Shown one piece after another: positions 8,701 through 15,922 of a stretch of DNA of 24,813 bases. The notes under the pieces are model-generated. The model made no database searches. It saw nothing but the letters and a program-made list of their open reading frames with translations, and was not told where the DNA came from. The position numbers were made by a program, and so were the translations under genes. Origin of the DNA: Pyrinomonadaceae bacterium (GTDB lineage Bacteria; Acidobacteriota; Blastocatellia; Pyrinomonadales; Pyrinomonadaceae); contig DATLNN010000072.1 of assembly GCA_035536695.1 (NCBI GenBank), positions 1 through 24,813 on the forward strand, read 5' to 3'. How positions within the stretch are numbered: position 1 is the stretch's first letter; every line of letters starts with the position of its first letter.

Positions 8701-9985
8701 CGTTGTGGTAAAACGTCAGCGTTGTACCGTCAAACGAAAACGCAACGTGCTGGAGAGTGCCGGCAGTGACCGGAGCCCCGACCGATGTATACGTGTGATT
8801 TCCGCCCGCCGTGTCAACAAGATTCACGAACAGATTTCCAGGCGTGCCAACCGAGTGCCAAAAGTGAACACCGGTTTCGGTAGGCGTGCCATACTCGGCG
8901 ATGGGCTGACCGACGGCAACCGGATTAATAGTTCCCGGATTGATCCACGCAGCCATCGAGATCGTATTATTAGCGACACCGTTGCTCGTATTGATATCAG
9001 TATCAACCGATGGCGTTACCGCAACATAATCGTTGGTGCCGTCTAGCAGGAAGCCCTGGCCGACTCGTCCGGGGCCGAAGGTCGCTCCATTCGTAAGCGT
9101 CGCGACATCCGCGACCAAATCGTTAGGAGCAGTGTCAAGCGTATTACCGTTAGCGGCAAACCATGCCGTCATGCCCCCGGCGGGCACCGCACAAGCCGCA
9201 ACGCCAACGCCGGTAATATTGCCCGGTCCAACCACATTAGTGGTAAACGGGCCAGCAACGATGGCGTTGGGGGTGCCGATGGGGAGAAACGACGTGTTTA
9301 CAATAAAGTAGTTCGTTCCGGCCACCAGATTTTCGGTTATTTGCGAGGTCCGGGTGTTCCCGAAATCGTCGTTGCACTCCAACGCATTTACTAGTGGCGT
9401 CGCCGGATTAAAGGTGCCCTGGTAGAGGCAGATAAAGCCGTCATACGTCCCGGTATTGCTCGTTATCGTGTAGAGTCCGGTCGCATCGACGGTTATCTGA
9501 TTAGCCCGGTAGAAAAACGCTCCGGTAGCAGTAGTTGTGGGCGGGAGGGTACCGTTTGCATTGGGACGGCTGAAGGTCGGGCCGCCCGTCGTATCGCCCG
9601 AGAAGCTGCCAACTGCTTCGAGCATGAGGAGATCAACATCGCCCACATCATTCTTGACATTGCCCTCATCGTCATAAACAGGCGGGGTCGGCGCGGGCTC
9701 GGCACCGTTGGCGTTTTGAGCCGACTGAACTTCTGTCAAGCCGAGGAGGCTTAAAAGGTCCGAAATCGTACTGGCAACGAAGCCAGCCTGCTGCGTATTC
9801 GCGCTACTGGTTGCCAGGGTCGATTGATTGGGATTTGCCGCACTTACAGCAAAGCTGAAGAAGGCGGCTACAAGCAGAAATGCTGACGCGGCAAACAGCC
9901 GCGTCTTCACGCTGCGAAAAGTTTTAACTCCGTTAGCAAGGGATTGTGCTTTGGACAAGCCTTGTCTTTGGGGCGTGGATGACAT
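2753..9985 (-). CDS. Giant secreted adhesin-like protein: signal peptide, PPC-like domain, LamG/ConA-like domain, 10 Calx-beta repeats, dockerin-like domain, 2 cohesin-like domains, C-terminal carboxypeptidase-regulatory-like domain
   Basis: 2410-aa ORF with ATG and AGGAGA RBS. PPC-like (YTITS..DGFICLY..ECNDD..SQI) at ~9215-9607. LamG (GRVGQGFLLDG..AAWIN..QHVAFSFDG..YHNG..IGAR..GIIDEFQLFN) at 8489-9193. Calx-beta motifs (EG..F.V.R..DY..F..G..D...E..E.F..GTI.NDD) at 4346-8485. Dockerin-like at 4052-4321. Cohesins at ~3493-3955 and ~3033-3472. C-terminal domain at 2756-3025. Confidence 0.9.
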   Translation of the reverse strand: MSSTPQRQGLSKAQSLANGVKTFRSVKTRLFAASAFLLVAAFFSFAVSAANPNQSTLATSSANTQQAGFVASTISDLLSLLGLTEVQSAQNANGAEPAPTPPVYDDEGNVKNDVGDVDLLMLEAVGSFSGDTTGGPTFSRPNANGTLPPTTTATGAFFYRANQITVDATGLYTITSNTGTYDGFICLYQGTFNPATPLVNALECNDDFGNTRTSQITENLVAGTNYFIVNTSFLPIGTPNAIVAGPFTTNVVGPGNITGVGVAACAVPAGGMTAWFAANGNTLDTAPNDLVADVATLTNGATFGPGRVGQGFLLDGTNDYVAVTPSVDTDINTSNGVANNTISMAAWINPGTINPVAVGQPIAEYGTPTETGVHFWHSVGTPGNLFVNLVDTAGGNHTYTSVGAPVTAGTLQHVAFSFDGTTLTFYHNGVAFPATNIGGNPAPDTLDTNDPLNIGARLDGSPGPAVFYQGIIDEFQLFNSAITAADVGAIANAGVSGTCAGTVQFSTAAQTTPEGNVPPTPPDGPGVVITVTRTGDTSGPATVQVFTTSGTAIGTDGTGCTVGFDYLGFSAANPRTVAFAAGQTTATTTIGICDDAVVEPTESFTVHLGATTGTGSIGTPAVQTITITDAADTPVSVTVAPLSVTEDGAGNLVFTFSRPDAGAGAITVPFTISGSAIPGTDYICSAGTGATAASCVGTVGSVTFLAGATTAQVIADPTVDTDFTEGNETVTFTVGAGTASVVGAPSSATGTITEDDTNVIVTVAPGTVNENGVTNLVYTFTRTGALTAGQVVTFSVGGTACGASVAPAAPVGQCNDNFPPDYTVSGATSFTGTNGTVPGTGTVTFVGNATTATVTVDPTADANVELSETVILTVTNTPGITGAPSSAIGTIANDDTVYTIAATPPAANEGNVNNLANLPQSPSMGGSIATFTVTRTGDLSQPGTISVATDPLDNRLNRAIPGQQNTNCGLVNGVDYITDGITLTFPVPTTPVPPAPFPTTQTMTFTVVVCGDTDFEANEVFDAFLFNPVGGTLGVPSRATYTILNDDAAPVLNISDGQAVEGNAITFTVSQVNQAGAAGTPLATGVDTTFSFCTTDITATAGVDYTGQPCPGGLLIPITIPAGQTSVTFTVPTSADLIFEGNETFLVNLIGVTNATVGDGQGVGTITDAQQPNVFTVSDVAQAEGSVVGATTSFNFTVTRSSDAQGTQVVCYDTVPGTTIPPGNANPATPGTAPGTPPNADYTDLDPSPANCLTFVQGGPASQTLSVIVYHDTMFEPDESFTVRLISITGAQGDISDTGLGTIINDDNAPVLAFGAAAKVTETDTGTTTLLTFTVNRTAGAQVTSTVDFVVAGANLGTTAASNTIPATGGTTCVNADTTGTDFIIPTPTAPATANRLTFAPGVDQLTFSVVVCGDVRDEASETVRVTLSNPSLSTIAATTLGGTINDNDGPFIFTVSDVTLAEGNSGTTCFNFVIRRTGSHERAQTVTVSTVDGTATVADNDYVPVVGRVLNFPANPTGDPALNVIETCVLMPRAVDVNGDLQNETDERFTLQIDNITTVGINAGTGSDDTIASLNPLFGGDGQGLGTILNDDGPRTFAIDNVTANEGSDPANPVVFRFRVTGTGTSAIDQTFTFTVQDSNTPQSGLDATGGTICGGINSSSPDFTTPFAATGGSTGTLTFFAGSDQDPTMAGVQNFRDILVPICADTVQEANERFTVTIASTVPGTIPTVGSVGTGTIVNDDAISFRVDDVTGQEGNDPNVPTNFVFRINRIGATTLSSSVNFVIENAATGVAATGGAACGPGIDYISAPLTTGVFSASPAAFTAGETFREIAIRVCGDLLQETDETFQLRLTGGTNAAFLTGDPTTDNIGLGTIINDDGIPGPQGIEGDINRAVAGVCGPGDGQHTAADSAQFKRFIAGLDTPCTGSGLPGTFNEFQRTDTAPEGTLGDGRLTAADQQQIDNYIANLDPDRPAGGPTAPIPGAQIAERSSDKSEEKGDDDAVIETGGGREFRGVLVSGAPDTFVDYAVELVSQGDETVTTFSLQFDRTRLSLAAVSGTNVNAGVVTAGSGVSPATSVTVNATQVTGTGAPAGTGQVGVLLDFQGPVTAGVRQVAVFRFRILPTAPAGLTPVTFVDQPIVRSTSNAQAQALTAKYTPNNVNVVIGPGGPGRTVTIVKTTAANGGQAIVPIVLASQGNETGISGSVSFAVGSLTISNVSGTGTNPDVLAGSGLPAGCTITTNGTEVAQGRLGFLIACPTAFTAGNREVIRLRFGVPAGAPVPRSVPITWVNTPVAQGVTDAAAVALTTTFVNGAVNIDIGTAARGAISGLVTDANGMGIRNAIITISGVGLAEPVQVTTSSLGYFNVEGLDIGETYLVSLRASKRYQFSNATRLVTLTDSAQAVNFTAEQ
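4346..8485 (-). repeat. Array of 10 divergent Calx-beta (Ca2+-binding Ig-like) repeats, aa 501-1880
   Basis: Ten units of about 120-150 aa, most ending in GTI(x)NDD-like motifs and containing D-x(3-4)-E-x-x-E-x-F/V. Confidence 0.85.
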
Positions 9986-10404
9986 AATGATTCTCCTAGA
10001 TAACTAAAAATTCAGTCAGTTTGTTGTTTCCTAAAATCGTGCTTCAGAACCGTTTCCGGCCTGATCAGGCCCTGCCGTCAGAACCCAGTTTGCCGAATAA
10101 ACCGCATTCGGCAGCGGCCAGATGTCGTAAGACCGGAAGTCCTGACGAGCTCTATCCCAGAAAGTGCCGCGGGTCGCGCCTTGCAATGCATAGCCGCCTT
10201 CGCCGGCGGATAACCCTGTGGCCACAAAAACTTCGCCCGACGCGCTTATAGCAAGCGCGCCCGGCAAACCTGTTTTCAATGTTTTACCGTTTAGTATGAT
10301 AACTATTATGCAGTTTCTCACGGCTAAGCTCGGGGGCGTCGAGCCTCGGTCCGTTCTGCAATTCTAATGTTCAAATATAACTACTACGACGCGAACAAGT
10401 ACGG

Positions 10405-10432
10405 ATTATACCGAATCCCACACTGATGTCAA
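10405..10432 (-). promoter_or_regulatory. Consensus sigma70 promoter pointing toward the 2410-aa gene, about 410 nt upstream of its ATG
   Basis: Minus strand TTGACA (10432-10427), 16-nt spacer, TATAAT (10410-10405). Both hexamers are perfect. Confidence 0.75.
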
Positions 10433-10608
10433 GCGATTTATAGGGCTTGGCACTGAACGTTAAGTCTTTTTTTCTGGCTTTTCGTTGCCGCGCCGCTCCT
10501 GCAACGTCTGGCGAAAAGCTGTTCAGAGCATAACCTCTCGTGCGCGAAGTTGCAAGCGAAATCTCAAAAATAATTACATTTGCGCCCCGCGGAGCCGATC
10601 GGACAAAG

Positions 10609-11010
10609 CTATTTCCCAACCGCCAGCTGGAGCCGGGCCGATGCCGCGTCGAGCTGTTCGCGGAACCGCTCGGCGTCCTCGGCGGATGGGGTGCCCGCGG
10701 CCGCGATCGCCTTTTCAGCATCGTCTCGTGCCGAGCGGGCCGCCTGAGCGTCGATCTCATCGGCCGATTCAGCCGTGTCGGCCAGCACAGCGACCTTGTT
10801 GCTATTTACTTCGACAAATCCAACCGACACCGCAAGCCGGGTACCGACGCCCCTTATATTGTATTCCAGGATGCCCGGCTTAAGGGCCGAGATCAAAGAC
10901 GCATGATTAGGCAAAATGCCCACTTCGCCCGACGCGGTCGGCACCGTGACAGAATCGACCTCTGCATCAACCACCCGCCTCTCAGGTGTAACTATTTCTA
11001 ATTTAAGCAT
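10609..11010 (-). CDS. atpC: F1F0 ATP synthase epsilon subunit
   Basis: MLKLEIVTPER..V.VPTASGEVGILPNHASLISALKPG..AVSVGFVEV..V.VLADTAE..EID. Lies directly downstream of atpD. Start set at ATG 11010 rather than the track's 11025. Confidence 0.96.
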   Translation of the reverse strand: MLKLEIVTPERRVVDAEVDSVTVPTASGEVGILPNHASLISALKPGILEYNIRGVGTRLAVSVGFVEVNSNKVAVLADTAESADEIDAQAARSARDDAEKAIAAAGTPSAEDAERFREQLDAASARLQLAVGK

Positions 11011-11016
11011 CCTTTT

Positions 11017-11098
11017 AAGTCCCAAGCTCCAAGTTCCATGTTCTAATTGACGGGTTCCTGATCATAAACTTGGAACCTGGAACTTGAAACCTGGAACT
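11017..11098. repeat. Two facing heptamer arrays (inverted arrangement) in the atpD-atpC spacer
   Basis: + strand AAGTCCC AAGCTCC AAGTTCC ATGTTCT (11017-11044) and TGGAACC TGGAACT TGAAACC TGGAACT (11071-11098). The arrays are reverse complements of the same GGAACY unit. Confidence 0.85.
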
Positions 11099-11099
11099 C

Positions 11100-12659
<1,560 letters not shown>

Positions 12660-12672
12660 TTACAAAGGAGTA

Positions 12673-12702
12673 AGAATAGCATATGAATTTGGGCACCGGC
12701 AA
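12673..12702 (-). promoter_or_regulatory. Putative promoter for atpDC
   Basis: Minus strand TTGCCG (12702-12697), 18-nt spacer, extended -10 TGcTATTCT (12681-12673). Confidence 0.5.
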
Positions 12703-12892
12703 ACGCGGCCGGCGGTACAAGTTCTTGCGGCTATCGCAGCGCTTTCTAGGATCAACTTGCATGTTTGTTACTTGAATCGCCCTTACCTAGGTGGGACCTA
12801 GGTGCGTTCATCGGGTTTGCAGACATTATGTAGGCTGACGTACACAACCGCCGGGGTGGGTGAGTAATAATCAAAGCCTCGGGGGAAGTTAT

Positions 12893-13120
12893 ATGCCAGT
12901 TGCTTCAGGTTACACGCGCGAGGGGGCGGTTTTGGGACTGACTAACGACGAAGACGATCCGCAGCGTGTCGAGTTCGGCGAATTACGAGCTGACGGTTAC
13001 GAGAAGGTAGGGCAGCAGACGGAGTTTGATCTGTTTTCCGAAGCCCGCGTTCTTTACTCGCGGTTGAGGTCGCGAAACACTTCGCGGCGATATATGCGGC
13101 GGTCATCGAGCATTTTTTAG
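12893..13120 (+). CDS. Hypothetical small protein (75 aa), may be non-coding
   Basis: ATG preceded by GGGGGAAG. Same strand as the next two genes. No family recognised. Confidence 0.3.
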   Translation: MPVASGYTREGAVLGLTNDEDDPQRVEFGELRADGYEKVGQQTEFDLFSEARVLYSRLRSRNTSRRYMRRSSSIF

Positions 13121-13140
13121 TAACTTTAAGGAGAATGGAT

Positions 13141-13317
13141 ATGCCAGGTAACAAGTACACAACGAAACAAGAACGGAAAGCCGACCATATCGAGGAAAGC
13201 TATCGGGAGAAAGGGGTGTCTAAGGAGGAAGCCGAAAAGCGCGCCTGGGCGACCGTTAACAAGCAGGACGGGGGCGGCAAAAAGCCCGGCGGCTCCGGCC
13301 GAAAAAAGTCTGACTGA
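13141..13317 (+). CDS. Small charged protein of the widespread 'KQ(E/K)R(K/Q)A.HIEE.Y...G....EAE.RAWATVNK..GGG' family (ChaB-like, often labelled 'plasmid stabilization protein'); function unclear
   Basis: MPGNKYTTKQERKADHIEESYREKGVSKEEAEKRAWATVNKQDGGGKKPGGSG. AAGGAG RBS sits 7 nt before ATG 13141. Confidence 0.85.
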   Translation: MPGNKYTTKQERKADHIEESYREKGVSKEEAEKRAWATVNKQDGGGKKPGGSGRKKSD

Positions 13318-13329
13318 GGGGGGTTATAT

Positions 13330-13596
13330 ATGAATCGAATTTTTGCAATATTAGGCGCGGTTGGCGCCGGAGCGGCCCTAATGTATCTGTTCGATCCGAA
13401 CGGCGGCCGCCGGCGCAGAGCTTTGATCCGTGACAAAGCTGTCGGAATTTCGAATGATGTGACGCAGGCTGTCGAGGCGAAATCGCACGACCTCGCAAAT
13501 AGAGCTCAGGGCTTCCTGCACGAGGCAAAGAGCCTTGTCGGGGCCGGCGGCACCGTTGAGAACTCCGCTCCCGAACAGAGTGACAGGGCCATTTAG
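13330..13596 (+). CDS. YtxH-like membrane-anchored general-stress protein
   Basis: GAVGAGAALMYLFDPNGGRRRRALIRDK motif (TM helix, then D-P-x-x-G-R-R-R-R) followed by an amphipathic helical tail. GAGGGG RBS. Confidence 0.8.
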   Translation: MNRIFAILGAVGAGAALMYLFDPNGGRRRRALIRDKAVGISNDVTQAVEAKSHDLANRAQGFLHEAKSLVGAGGTVENSAPEQSDRAI

Positions 13597-13735
13597 ATCT
13601 GGATTCGCGCCGGCGTAAAATGTGTGGCAAGCGGCTTTCCGGCGGAAGGCTCGGAGCGGCTACGTACTCGCCTGCATTTGTTGATCCAATGGGCCTAGCA
13701 GCTTCCTCGCCCGTCGAGATGTTTTAGCCCTCCAT

Positions 13736-13744
13736 TTATCCACA
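13736..13744 (+). promoter_or_regulatory. Single perfect DnaA box
   Basis: TTATCCACA in the 685-bp intergenic region. Only one copy found, so it could be chance. Confidence 0.3.
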
Positions 13745-13951
13745 GCCGGTATAGAGGTTTGCAGGACCTATCGCATAGATGGCGCGCTTGTGTTTCCATG
13801 CAACACACGCTACGATGCCATGTGCGCGCTCTTTAGGAGCCGAGCAGGATATTTGAAAACCGAATAAATGTGATTCGCACTCAGTTCTCGGCCGCGATGA
13901 AAACGTGTACCCCCCTGAAATCGTTCGGGAAAATAGATCGCCGAAAAAACG

Positions 13952-13978
13952 TTGGGACAGTTGGGACAGCCGGGACAC
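13952..13978 (+). repeat. 9-mer tandem repeat x3
   Basis: TTGGGACAG TTGGGACAG CCGGGACAC. Confidence 0.75.
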
Positions 13979-14042
13979 TGACAACGCACATCCTACGTTG
14001 TAACCTCTGTCACACATACGGGCATTTGCGATGCCGCGACGG

Positions 14043-14092
14043 TTATTAAGAATTATTAAAGTTTAATAAGCTTTATTAAAGCTTAATAAGAT
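14043..14092. repeat. 10-bp-phased AT-rich array containing two tandem 17-bp palindromes
   Basis: TTATTAA at 14043, 14053, 14073 and TTAATAA at 14063, 14083. 20-bp near-direct repeat TTATTAAAGTTTAATAAGCT / TTATTAAAGCTTAATAAGAT. Confidence 0.9.
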
Positions 14093-14219
14093 CGCCTCGC
14101 CGAGCCGATCTCCTCCGGCATGAACCCCGCCGGCCACCGGTCGGTTTAACATTCAGTGTGAGTCTTAATAACGGCGACTCTGAGCAACGAGATTCTGCCC
14201 TCTGCAAGGCGTGAAAAGA

Positions 14220-14249
14220 TTGACAGTCGGCGAGGGCATCTAGTAGGCT
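14220..14249 (+). promoter_or_regulatory. Putative sigma70 promoter of the phoH operon
   Basis: TTGACA (14220-14225), 18-nt spacer, TAGGCT (14244-14249), 32 nt before the start codon. Confidence 0.55.
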
Positions 14250-14281
14250 TAAGTCATTCGGCCACTACTGATAGATCAAAT

Positions 14282-15283
14282 TTGAGCAATCTCCGCAAAC
14301 TCGAACTTCCGCCACAAGGCCTGAACACGCTGTTCGGCGTTCAGGATCAAAATATCAAATATCTCGAGACACTGCTTGACGTTACGATCGGTGCGCGCGG
14401 CAATGAGCTGTTGATCGACGGCGACGAGCGCGACATCCGCACCGTTGAGCAGGTACTAAAGGACTTTGGAGAGCTGTTTGACGAGGGAAATACCTTTACC
14501 GACAAAGAGCTTCGCGATGCCTTTAAGCAGATCGCCGAGGACAGGGCATATAGTTTAAAAGACCATTTCCTAAAGGCCCGGTTCAACCCATCAGGCAAGA
14601 AGCAGGTCGCGCCGAAGACCGCCAACCAGCGCAAGTATCTGGATGCGATCGCTGAGAACGATCTCGTTTTCGGTATCGGCGTGGCGGGGACCGGCAAGAG
14701 CTATCTGGCCGTGGCGATGGCGATCGATGCATTATTCAAGAAGCAGGTCAGCCGCATCATTCTCACGCGTCCCGCCGTGGAGGCCGGCGAGCGGCTTGGC
14801 TTTTTGCCCGGCGATCTGCAGGACAAGGTCGACCCGTACCTGCGTCCGCTCTACGACGCGCTGTTCGATCTGGTCGATTCGGAAAGGGTCACAAAGATGC
14901 TCGAAAAGCGGATCATCGAGATCGCCCCGCTGGCCTTCATGCGCGGACGGACGCTGTCAGATGCTTTCATTATCCTCGACGAAGCACAGAACACGACAGG
15001 CGAGCAGATGAAGATGTTCCTGACTCGTATCGGCTTCGGCTCGAAGGCGGTCGTGACAGGCGACAAAACACAGATCGATCTTCCCCGCGGGCAGAAAAGC
15101 GGCATCAGGGAGGCCGAGATGATCTTGAAAGATCTCGACGGCATCGCCTTTACATACTTCACCGAAAAAGACGTTGTCCGACATAAGCTCGTCCAAATGA
15201 TCGTTAAGGCATATGAAGCCCACTCCGAGATTTCAGGCGACGATGAGCGGACCTCCATTTCAGCGACTCTGTCCGGTCGATAA
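14282..15283 (+). CDS. phoH: PhoH-family ATPase (PhoH/YbeZ type with N-terminal KH-like region)
   Basis: [13 protein letters not shown] (Walker A), [54 protein letters not shown] start. Confidence 0.96.
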   Translation: MSNLRKLELPPQGLNTLFGVQDQNIKYLETLLDVTIGARGNELLIDGDERDIRTVEQVLKDFGELFDEGNTFTDKELRDAFKQIAEDRAYSLKDHFLKARFNPSGKKQVAPKTANQRKYLDAIAENDLVFGIGVAGTGKSYLAVAMAIDALFKKQVSRIILTRPAVEAGERLGFLPGDLQDKVDPYLRPLYDALFDLVDSERVTKMLEKRIIEIAPLAFMRGRTLSDAFIILDEAQNTTGEQMKMFLTRIGFGSKAVVTGDKTQIDLPRGQKSGIREAEMILKDLDGIAFTYFTEKDVVRHKLVQMIVKAYEAHSEISGDDERTSISATLSGR

Positions 15284-15286
15284 CCT

Positions 15287-15706
15287 GTGATCGTAAACCT
15301 CCAGCGAAAGCGCAATATCGATACGCGATCGCTCGACGAGTTTCGCCGCCTTCTTCTCACGACGATCACCGAAGCCAATTCTAGGAGTGTGGCAATAGCA
15401 TTGATCTCCGATCGTCGGATGAAGGAGCTTAACCGGCTGTTTCGCGGCAAGGCCGGGACCACTGACGTGCTTTCTTTCCCGCACGTGCCCGACGAGTTCG
15501 ATCCCGACAAAACCAGTCTTGGCGACATCGTTATCTCGGTAGAACAGGCTGAGCGGCAAGGACAGGAAAACGGCCTGACGCTAGACGCTGAGATCAGGCA
15601 GTTGATTTTGCACGGCCTGCTGCATCTTTGTGGATACGATCACGAAACGGATAACGGGGAGATGAACTCGCGCGAACTGGAATTGCGTGAACAGATCGGG
15701 ATATAG
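15287..15706 (+). CDS. ybeY: rRNA maturation endoribonuclease YbeY
   Basis: LN..FRGK..TTDVLSF, LGDIVIS, HGLLHLCGYDH metal motif. Follows phoH by 3 nt. Confidence 0.96.
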   Translation: MIVNLQRKRNIDTRSLDEFRRLLLTTITEANSRSVAIALISDRRMKELNRLFRGKAGTTDVLSFPHVPDEFDPDKTSLGDIVISVEQAERQGQENGLTLDAEIRQLILHGLLHLCGYDHETDNGEMNSRELELREQIGI

Positions 15707-15880
15707 AGCACGCGGTTGATGCGATGACTTCGCGGTCGTTGCTACTTTGCATGGGCCCTTTTGGGGCTTTAAGGACGTTTTCACGCGGAACCGCGAAGAT
15801 GGCAAAGGAAGATTCGAAAGTTCATCTATCTTTTTTTTGCCAAGGCGACTAAGACTCGTTTGCTGTAGATGAAGTGTGAT

Positions 15881-15910
15881 ATCTGATTGAATCTGTGTTA
15901 ATCTGTGGTT
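15881..15910 (+). repeat. 10-mer tandem repeat x3 just upstream of zwf
   Basis: ATCTGATTGA ATCTGTGTTA ATCTGTGGTT. Confidence 0.7.
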
Positions 15911-15922
15911 CCAAAAACCTAT

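Noticed and set aside
983-9311. Many + strand ORFs over the two cohesin genes, including the (VGVA)n ORF at 1484-2032 and the 293-aa ORF at 8165-9046
   Set aside because: These are antisense shadows of GC-rich, Thr/Pro/Ala-rich genes. The VGVA repeat is simply the reverse complement of the PTAT linker. No RBS or family motifs.
781-9985. Calling the cluster a cellulosome
   Set aside because: No glycoside hydrolase or CBM3-type domain is recognisable in the window; only the assembly modules are present.
10050-10100. GGCAAAC...GACGGCAGGGCCTGA resembling a c-di-GMP-I riboswitch, and GGCGGCTATG near 10190-10198 resembling an ops site
   Set aside because: The GNRA-capped stem after GGCAAAC and the GCAAAG...CCTAA core are missing. 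The ops-like string deviates from GGCGGTAGnnTG.
10031-10321. 96-aa minus-strand ORF in the adhesin leader
   Set aside because: No RBS, atypical composition and no family match. It is better explained as UTR, though a leader peptide cannot be excluded without Ribo-seq.
10477-10520. GCTTTTCG/CGAAAAGC inverted repeat downstream of atpC as a terminator
   Set aside because: On the atpC strand it is followed by an A-tract rather than a U-tract, and the loop is long.
14007-14013. CTGTCAC as a Pho box upstream of phoH
   Set aside because: Only one half-site, no 11-bp-spaced partner, and far from the promoter.
13736-14017. 93-aa minus-strand ORF containing SRLSQLSQ
   Set aside because: The peptide repeat merely reflects the 9-mer DNA repeat. 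No RBS or family match.
14043-14092. AT-rich repeat array as a CRISPR array or dif site
   Set aside because: No unique spacers and no cas genes. It does not fit the XerC/XerD 11-6-11 arrangement.
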